Source: a virus. Taken from it: a stretch of DNA of 64,000 nucleotides. Made by a program: the position numbers and the translations under genes. The stretch spans positions 32,001 through 96,000 of the IMG/VR virus record IMGVR_UViG_3300037264_003623. One strand, 5' to 3'. The notes beneath the pieces are model-generated. The model had not been told where the DNA came from. It worked only from the letters and a program-made list of their open reading frames with translations, and did no database searches. Of the stretch, positions 58,180 through 64,000 are shown in pieces. Each line of letters opens with the position of its first letter. Position 1 is the first letter of the stretch.

Positions 58180-58476
58180 ATGAAGAACGTGTACGTTTCG
58201 TTCCCTCAGATGGGGGTGTCGGGCCCCGAGGCCGATTTCCTGGAGCCGATCGCCGAGGCGCTCGCCGACGCGGTCGCCGAGAGATCGTTCACCATGTTCT
58301 TCCGCGACCGGGTCGGCGCGGTCCGGGTCCTCCTGGAGGACGCGGACAATCGCGACGACGCCGCCCTCGCGGTCGCCACAGGCGTCAACGCCATCACGGG
58401 AGGGACCTCCTTCAAGGCCGTCGAGATCGACTCGACGGGCACGAGGACCGAGCTCACCGACCCCGTCGTCCCGTAA
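58180..58476 (+). CDS. hypothetical, probably virion protein
   Basis: AAGGAG RBS; follows TerL. Confidence 0.6.
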   Translation: MKNVYVSFPQMGVSGPEADFLEPIAEALADAVAERSFTMFFRDRVGAVRVLLEDADNRDDAALAVATGVNAITGGTSFKAVEIDSTGTRTELTDPVVP

Positions 58477-58517
58477 CGGGGTCGCCGTAGGTCCTTGCTG
58501 ACATCGAAGAGGATCGT

Positions 58518-59225
58518 ATGGTTCCATCGCGGGGCGAGGACGGCCTGTCCGTCCTGAAGTCTGTCACCAGGGGGATGGTCGAGAAGTTCAATCCCTTCCA
58601 CGACGAGCAGGGGCGTTTCACCAGCGCGTCGGGTGGGGAGAAGGAGTCGATGGGGCGCTCCGAGCGTGAGCTGGAGCAGAAGCACGTCGACTACATCCAC
58701 GCCAACGAGAAGGCGGGCAAGACGCCGGGCCCCCGCGGCCACTTCCTCCATTACACGACCAAGGCGGAGATGACCGGAAGGGAGCCAGAGGGCTGGAAGA
58801 AGTTGAACACCAAGATCGGCAACTACGAGGGGATGGCGAACGCCTACATCAAGAGGGGGACGGAGAAGGGGGCGGAGGGTTGGCAGAGGAAGCTCAATCT
58901 GGCGCGTGCCGAGACCATGCGGAAGGCCTCCGATCAGTACAAGAGGCAGAGGGACAAGATCGAGGTCCCGAAGGCCGAGGCCGCTCCTGCGTCCGCCGTT
59001 CCGAAGCCGGAGGAGAAGTCGATGGAAGCTGCCAAGGCCAAGATCCATCCGCTTCTTGCGGCGGACTTCAAGCTGATCGAGGAGGCGCACGGGTACAGCG
59101 CGGAGGAGGAGAGCAAGCTCCCACCCGAGGAGATCAAGCAGGTCAAGGTCGGTGCCGTGAAGGACGCCGTTCGGATCGGGATGATCACGGCCGAAGAGGG
59201 CAAGGAAATCATCGACGGGCTGTAA
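58518..59225 (+). CDS. putative virion cargo protein
   Basis: VEK|FNPFHDEQGRFTS. Confidence 0.65.
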   Translation: MVPSRGEDGLSVLKSVTRGMVEKFNPFHDEQGRFTSASGGEKESMGRSERELEQKHVDYIHANEKAGKTPGPRGHFLHYTTKAEMTGREPEGWKKLNTKIGNYEGMANAYIKRGTEKGAEGWQRKLNLARAETMRKASDQYKRQRDKIEVPKAEAAPASAVPKPEEKSMEAAKAKIHPLLAADFKLIEEAHGYSAEEESKLPPEEIKQVKVGAVKDAVRIGMITAEEGKEIIDGL

Positions 59226-59235
59226 GGAGGGATAG

Positions 59236-60381
59236 ATGTCCACCGAGAAGACTCCGTGGGAAGGACGCCTCGGGATCGAGGTGATGGGCAAGATGCACGG
59301 ATGCTGCGTCGGGACCATCGCCAAGTGGCGGCCCCAGATGATCGGGGTCAAGAAGGAGTGCTCCTACTGCGGCTCCTTCCTGAAGACGATCCGGGCGGGC
59401 GAGGTACTCTCCCCCGTCTTCACGGGCGGCATGCTGGAGCACCACCGGGACGTCGAAGAGCCCCCGATGGTCATCGGCGGGCTCTACTTCGCCTCGTACA
59501 AGTTCCCGACCGAGGAGGCCGTGAAGGCGTGGATGGGCGAGCGGGAGATCCCGGGGGACTTCGTCGGCAAGATCGACGACCATGCCTTCTACCACCCCAT
59601 CGACGACTCCCTCATGGTGAACTCCGTCCGGCTGATCTGGGTCGCCCCCGGCGTCGTGGGAGAGATCGGGGTGTCCGAGAAGCAGGTCGCCACGGGTGGG
59701 GGCCAGGCGTCCATGTCGTCCCCCGGAATGACGACCACATCCATCGCGTCCGGGGGTGATCTCTTCCCGGCCCAGGGCCCGGCGCAGGCTGCCGCCGAAG
59801 TCCCTGGCGTGCCGTCCGTGATCCAGGGGATCACCGACGTGCAGGACGGGCACCAGCACGAGTTCTTCCTGACGCCTACCCCCGAGGTCGGCGGGTGGAG
59901 GGTCAAGTCGTTCACGTCCTACAACAGCGGGCACGCGCACATGGTGGAGTGCTCCATCGGGGCGGGCGGAGAGATCGATACCAGGACGGCCCCGGACCAG
60001 ACCCCCGTGGGCGGGCACGCGCACGCGCACCGGATCGCGTGGCCGGTCGGCAAGTCCTTCGGCGAGACGAAGCCCTACGAGAGGCAGTTCCGGGTCACCT
60101 CCGGCGACGTGGTCCTGCTCCGCCGGGCGGCGGGGATGGTGGACAACTTCTGCAAGAACATCCAGAATGGCAGGAGTGTCCTCGACTCCGCGAGCGACTT
60201 CCAGGCCCAGCTCTCCAGCGCGATCGAGAGGGCCAGGGGGCAGGTCACGGGCATGGAGGGGGTGGTCGCCATCAAGACCGCGGACATCGAGCGCCTCCAG
60301 GGGTGCGCGAAGTTCATCGACGACATGGGCGACGGCCTCGCCATAAACATCGGGATGGAGAAGGGGAAGGAGCAACCATGA
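59236..60381 (+). CDS. protein with GHxH repeats
   Basis: GHQH, GHAH, GHAHAH. Confidence 0.65.
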   Translation: MSTEKTPWEGRLGIEVMGKMHGCCVGTIAKWRPQMIGVKKECSYCGSFLKTIRAGEVLSPVFTGGMLEHHRDVEEPPMVIGGLYFASYKFPTEEAVKAWMGEREIPGDFVGKIDDHAFYHPIDDSLMVNSVRLIWVAPGVVGEIGVSEKQVATGGGQASMSSPGMTTTSIASGGDLFPAQGPAQAAAEVPGVPSVIQGITDVQDGHQHEFFLTPTPEVGGWRVKSFTSYNSGHAHMVECSIGAGGEIDTRTAPDQTPVGGHAHAHRIAWPVGKSFGETKPYERQFRVTSGDVVLLRRAAGMVDNFCKNIQNGRSVLDSASDFQAQLSSAIERARGQVTGMEGVVAIKTADIERLQGCAKFIDDMGDGLAINIGMEKGKEQP

Positions 60382-61598
60382 ACGAGGGACGCGACGTATG
60401 GAGCGGGGGCAACCTCTCCGAGAAGGGTGTCCAGGTCAACAAGTCGCTCCGCAGGGGCCTCGACATCCACAAGGGCATGGAGCTCTTCCCGAAGAAGGCG
60501 AAGCCCTCCGAGATCGATCAGACCCTCGAAGATCTCCAGGATGCCCAGGATTACATCGAGAAGGAGAGGAGACTCCGCAAGGTCGGAGGCCCTTTCGTCA
60601 ATAGCCCCCTCGTCGAGAAGGAAGGTACCTCCGAGGGGGCGAAGCGCGGATGGGAGACCCGTCGAGAGGGTGGGGCCGGAGATGAGGAGAAACCGACGGG
60701 TTCCTCCAAGGCCGAGCGTATGGGCATCCAGAACCCCGACTCCTCCGGCATGGGATCCCACCCGGACCACGACAAGCATCCCCTTCACGAGACCCTCGCC
60801 AACGCGGGGCTTGAGTATTCCCACTCGGTGGTGGTCAACCACGGGTCGGGGGACGACCGCGTCCATCACGCCTACAAGATCCCCGGAACCGACCGCCAGG
60901 TCGGGGTACACCAGACGGCGAAGGGCGACTGGATGTGGGAGTCGAGCAAGGCCGGTTCGGGCCGCATGAAGACGGGGGGAGACGCGGCCTCCCTGGCCTC
61001 CCACCTCAAGAGGGCGGAGAAGGGCCTCGATGGCGACGAGTCGGTGCGGATCTCCAAGGACCAGGTCGAGAAGATCCTGAAGGACGCAGGGTGGGACAAG
61101 CTCCCGCTCCCCGACAAGGCGAAGGAGGCACTGGAGGATCTGGTCAGCAACGGGGCGAAGCCGGTGTCCGAGTACACCGGGAAGATCATGGTGGAGCATG
61201 GGATTCCCGAGGAGCCACCGGCGTTCGTCAGGCCGAAGAAGCTGGAAGTCGGGGACATGGTGATCCCGATCGACTGGAGGTCCGTCGGGGCGTTCGGGGG
61301 AAAGTTCGACATGCCGATGGTGCCCCAGGCCGCCAAGGTGAAGAAGATCTACATGGGCCCCGCGAGGGTCTCGAAGAACGCCTATCCGTTCGGAAGGACG
61401 CCTGCTGATCTCTCCAAGGTCGAGATGGTCACCGAGGATCGGATGTGGGGACTCGACCTGGAGGAGGGGAAGGTCAAGAAGGACGACGACACTTTCCCCT
61501 CCCCTGTTTCTACCCGGGACACTACAATGGTACTTCGGATGGAGGCGCTGGCCTCGCCAGAAGGGGAGATCAACCCCGGCGCGGCATCGCCTCGTTGA
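60378..61598 (+). CDS. putative virion cargo protein
   Basis: VEK|EGTSEGAKRGWETRREGG. Confidence 0.7.
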   Translation: MNEGRDVWSGGNLSEKGVQVNKSLRRGLDIHKGMELFPKKAKPSEIDQTLEDLQDAQDYIEKERRLRKVGGPFVNSPLVEKEGTSEGAKRGWETRREGGAGDEEKPTGSSKAERMGIQNPDSSGMGSHPDHDKHPLHETLANAGLEYSHSVVVNHGSGDDRVHHAYKIPGTDRQVGVHQTAKGDWMWESSKAGSGRMKTGGDAASLASHLKRAEKGLDGDESVRISKDQVEKILKDAGWDKLPLPDKAKEALEDLVSNGAKPVSEYTGKIMVEHGIPEEPPAFVRPKKLEVGDMVIPIDWRSVGAFGGKFDMPMVPQAAKVKKIYMGPARVSKNAYPFGRTPADLSKVEMVTEDRMWGLDLEEGKVKKDDDTFPSPVSTRDTTMVLRMEALASPEGEINPGAASPR

Positions 61599-61631
61599 AC
61601 GCACACGGTGTGCGGTTTTTCGGAGGAGCCC

Positions 61632-62051
61632 ATGAACCTTGGAAACTACGCGAGATCGGGGGCTGGCAAGGTGTCCAAGTCCCAGCGGGCGCGGGAGGGC
61701 GACGTCAACAAGCAGTTCGACCCGACCAAGCAGCCCCGCGTGCCGTCGAACATCCCCGGGGCGGGGCCGCAGGGCGTCCCCCCGGCGGATCGCGACGAGA
61801 TGGCCGCCTTCGCCAGGACCGGGAACGCGGAGATGATCCCGCAGGTGGTCGCGGCTCAGACGGGCCTCGCCTCCCACGGGCCCGCGCTGGCCTCCTCGCT
61901 CGCCCGGATGGGCGGGCAGGTGCGCCTGTCGCCGGGGCAGTTCCGCGCCTGGGCGAACCCGCAGGACCCGGCCCCGAAGCCCTCGACGCAGGTCACGAGC
62001 GATGCGTCGAAGCCGGGTTCGCTGCCGCCTCCGGCCCCCCCGGTGTACTAG
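61632..62051 (+). CDS. Pro/Ala-rich putative cargo protein
   Basis: VNK|QFDPTKQPR variant motif. Confidence 0.55.
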   Translation: MNLGNYARSGAGKVSKSQRAREGDVNKQFDPTKQPRVPSNIPGAGPQGVPPADRDEMAAFARTGNAEMIPQVVAAQTGLASHGPALASSLARMGGQVRLSPGQFRAWANPQDPAPKPSTQVTSDASKPGSLPPPAPPVY

Positions 62052-62083
62052 CTGGGCGGGAACCTGAATGACGGAGTGGAGCG

Positions 62084-62671
62084 ATGGCCCAGAGCCATGT
62101 CTACAAGGTGATCCCCGCGTCAAAGGCGGCGGAGGACGAGGCCGCCCTGAACGCTTTCGCGAAGGAAGGCTGGAGTCTCCTCGGGGGCACCGGCGGGAAC
62201 CTCTACCTCGTGAAGGCGTTGGCCCCCCATGAGACGGGGGGAAGGGTCGACCCTGATGTCAAGGTCGCCAAGGTTTGTGCGAACTGCGGCTCCTTCGAGA
62301 CCGTGAAGGACACGGACGGGGTGGGTCGATGCCCCGAATGGAATCTCCTGGTGGAGGCATCCGGAGGGTGCGGGAAGTTCAAGACGAGGGGCATGACCGA
62401 GAAGTCCATCCCGGACGAGGTCAGCGCATGGCACTGGACGCCGAGGACGGAGATTGGCGAGAAGCGGATCGAGGCGATCACGACCCAGGGGTCGGGGGTC
62501 GCCTCCCCGGAGCACAAGCACCGGGTCATGGTGATCCGCGCCAAGGATGGCTCCGTCGTGAGGGGAAAGACCGACGTTGTGAATGGACACGACCACCTCA
62601 TCAAGTTTATGGGGATGGTCGAGGAGGCGGACGGGCACGGTCACACTTTCCTGCTTCCGCAGGAGTCATGA
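62084..62671 (+). CDS. protein with a Cys cluster and HxH repeats
   Basis: CANC..C..C; HKH, GHDH, GHGH. Confidence 0.6.
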   Translation: MAQSHVYKVIPASKAAEDEAALNAFAKEGWSLLGGTGGNLYLVKALAPHETGGRVDPDVKVAKVCANCGSFETVKDTDGVGRCPEWNLLVEASGGCGKFKTRGMTEKSIPDEVSAWHWTPRTEIGEKRIEAITTQGSGVASPEHKHRVMVIRAKDGSVVRGKTDVVNGHDHLIKFMGMVEEADGHGHTFLLPQES

Positions 62672-62685
62672 AGGAGGATTGAGAG

Positions 62686-63057
62686 ATGGGAACCTTCACC
62701 ACGAGTGCGACGATGGGGCTCTCGACGAGCGACGGGATCTCCCTGTCCAAGATCGTCAACGGCGACGCCATGAACGCGAAGGCGCTGCTCGACGACAACT
62801 TCGGGGCCCCGGTCAGCGTCGACCTCGCCCCGATCTGTCTCAGCATCGCCGACCCGAAGTGGGCGCTGCTGGTCTGCGACGGCGACGGGGCGCAGCTCAA
62901 GTTCGACGGCGTGGCCGCCTTCACGAACAAGGCGTACAAGGCGATGATGCTCCAGCTCACGCCGAACAGCCCCGGTCCGTCGGGCGTGCTCGACCTGGAG
63001 CTCCAGACGAACGGAACCTCCGCGCAGAGGATCCGGTTCATCTGCACAGGCGACTAA
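62686..63057 (+). CDS. hypothetical, probably virion protein
   Basis: AAGGAGG upstream; beta-rich composition. Confidence 0.6.
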   Translation: MGTFTTSATMGLSTSDGISLSKIVNGDAMNAKALLDDNFGAPVSVDLAPICLSIADPKWALLVCDGDGAQLKFDGVAAFTNKAYKAMMLQLTPNSPGPSGVLDLELQTNGTSAQRIRFICTGD

Positions 63058-63078
63058 CCCCGGCGGTAGTGAGGGATC

Positions 63079-63981
63079 ATGCAGACCCCCGAGTCTGCCA
63101 GGATGCGGCTCTTCGCGGGGGGCCTGCGGCCTGAGAACCAGGCTGTAGGCTCCCCGCTTGGTATTGGCCTTCTGTCCAAGATGAAGTCGTCCGCTGGAGG
63201 GCGTCAGTGGCCCCCGGCAGCCCCCAAGGAGGCCGACTTCACCGTGGTGGACATGATGTGCCAAGCTCTTCTTGGGGGCCAGGAGACCCTGGTCGAGCCC
63301 ATCGGGGTGGGAATCCACAGGCCGTACAGGGTCGAGTTCCTCGACGGGATGGACTCCGGCCCGATGACCACGAGGCGGGCCGCCCTCAAGACGATCTACT
63401 GCCAGTACGAGAACAAGCGGTACTGCGCCTCTGTGGACTTGGATGTGACGGGGCCGGAGCGGGAGATCCTCTCCTTCGAGCTGGACCGCATGTTCGGGTT
63501 CGACCTGGTGCCCCCGACCGTGGGGAGAGAGATCGAGAAGGTCGGGTTTGGGAGCGTCCAGGCGTGGGTGGACTGTCCGACGGCGTGGCAGTGGATCGAG
63601 CGGGGCTACGACTACCGCGAGGACAAGACGAACCCCTGGCTCCACCGGCTTGCTGCCTTCGACTTCATCCGGGGTGAGATCGATCGACACTCGAACAATT
63701 TCATCATGGACGACCAGCGGCGGGTCTACGCCATTGACAATGGGTACTCCATCGTGAAGGGTGACGACCGGACCTGGATGAGGTCGAGCGCGGGGAAGCA
63801 CCTGGTGGGCACGCCCATCCATCCCGGAGTCATGGTGCAGATCCAGGCGATCGACGAGGGAAAGGCGTTCGACCTCGTGGACCGTGGCCGCTTCAAGAGC
63901 GGCGAGGCCGACGGGGTGGTCAAGCGGATCAGGGAGATGAAGGGTCTGACGGAATGGCGGAAGCTCGGCGATCTCTGGTAG
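63079..63981 (+). CDS. PI3/4-kinase-like kinase, paralog 3
   Basis: ALK, REILSF, FDLVPPTV, IDRHSNN, AIDNG. Confidence 0.85.
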   Translation: MQTPESARMRLFAGGLRPENQAVGSPLGIGLLSKMKSSAGGRQWPPAAPKEADFTVVDMMCQALLGGQETLVEPIGVGIHRPYRVEFLDGMDSGPMTTRRAALKTIYCQYENKRYCASVDLDVTGPEREILSFELDRMFGFDLVPPTVGREIEKVGFGSVQAWVDCPTAWQWIERGYDYREDKTNPWLHRLAAFDFIRGEIDRHSNNFIMDDQRRVYAIDNGYSIVKGDDRTWMRSSAGKHLVGTPIHPGVMVQIQAIDEGKAFDLVDRGRFKSGEADGVVKRIREMKGLTEWRKLGDLW

Positions 63982-64000
63982 GGGCCCCGCAGCCGGTGGT

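Noticed and set aside
1-64000. Genome-wide TAG recoding
   Set aside because: Many genes end at TAG with tight coupling to the next gene; only two suspicious internal TAGs
1-64000. CRISPR array, reverse transcriptase/DGR, integrase or transposase
   Set aside because: No regular repeat-spacer array and no such protein motifs seen; the GTSEG repeats are conserved at peptide level and dispersed

Overview
A 64-kb piece of a large, GC-rich tailed dsDNA phage genome with almost all genes on the + strand. Blocks in order: (1) 1-11.3 kb, hypothetical proteins, a Pol-beta nucleotidyltransferase, an AAA+ ATPase, a zincin and SpeD. (2) 9.3-19.8 kb, resuming at 58.5-64 kb, probable virion cargo proteins. 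These share short modules placed directly after a Lys (K|xGTSEGAxxGWETRR and K|xxF/W..HPRxxxGxF) and include three PI3/4-kinase/HipA-like kinases, two of them followed by paralogous small partner genes. (3) 22-49 kb, an early or host-takeover region. It is driven by repeated TTGACG-N16-TATAAT promoters and packed with small Cys-rich ORFs, about 20 of which end in a common VAxxL/M-A/M-G-like C-terminal tag. It also holds RNase HII, a sigma factor, a DNA methyltransferase, 9 intact tRNAs and unexplained structured RNAs. (4) 49-58 kb, a WGR-ligase, a ParB-like gene, a probable TerS and a TerL with three inteins. The most unusual feature is a set of insertions that leave their target functional. 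One tRNA-Leu is split at the anticodon loop by a cassette carrying another tRNA-Leu plus an HNH gene. An antisense HNH with its own promoter sits in frame inside the methyltransferase. Three insertions supply a recoded replacement 3' end of the gene they interrupt. All family names come from motifs recognised by eye; no searches were run.
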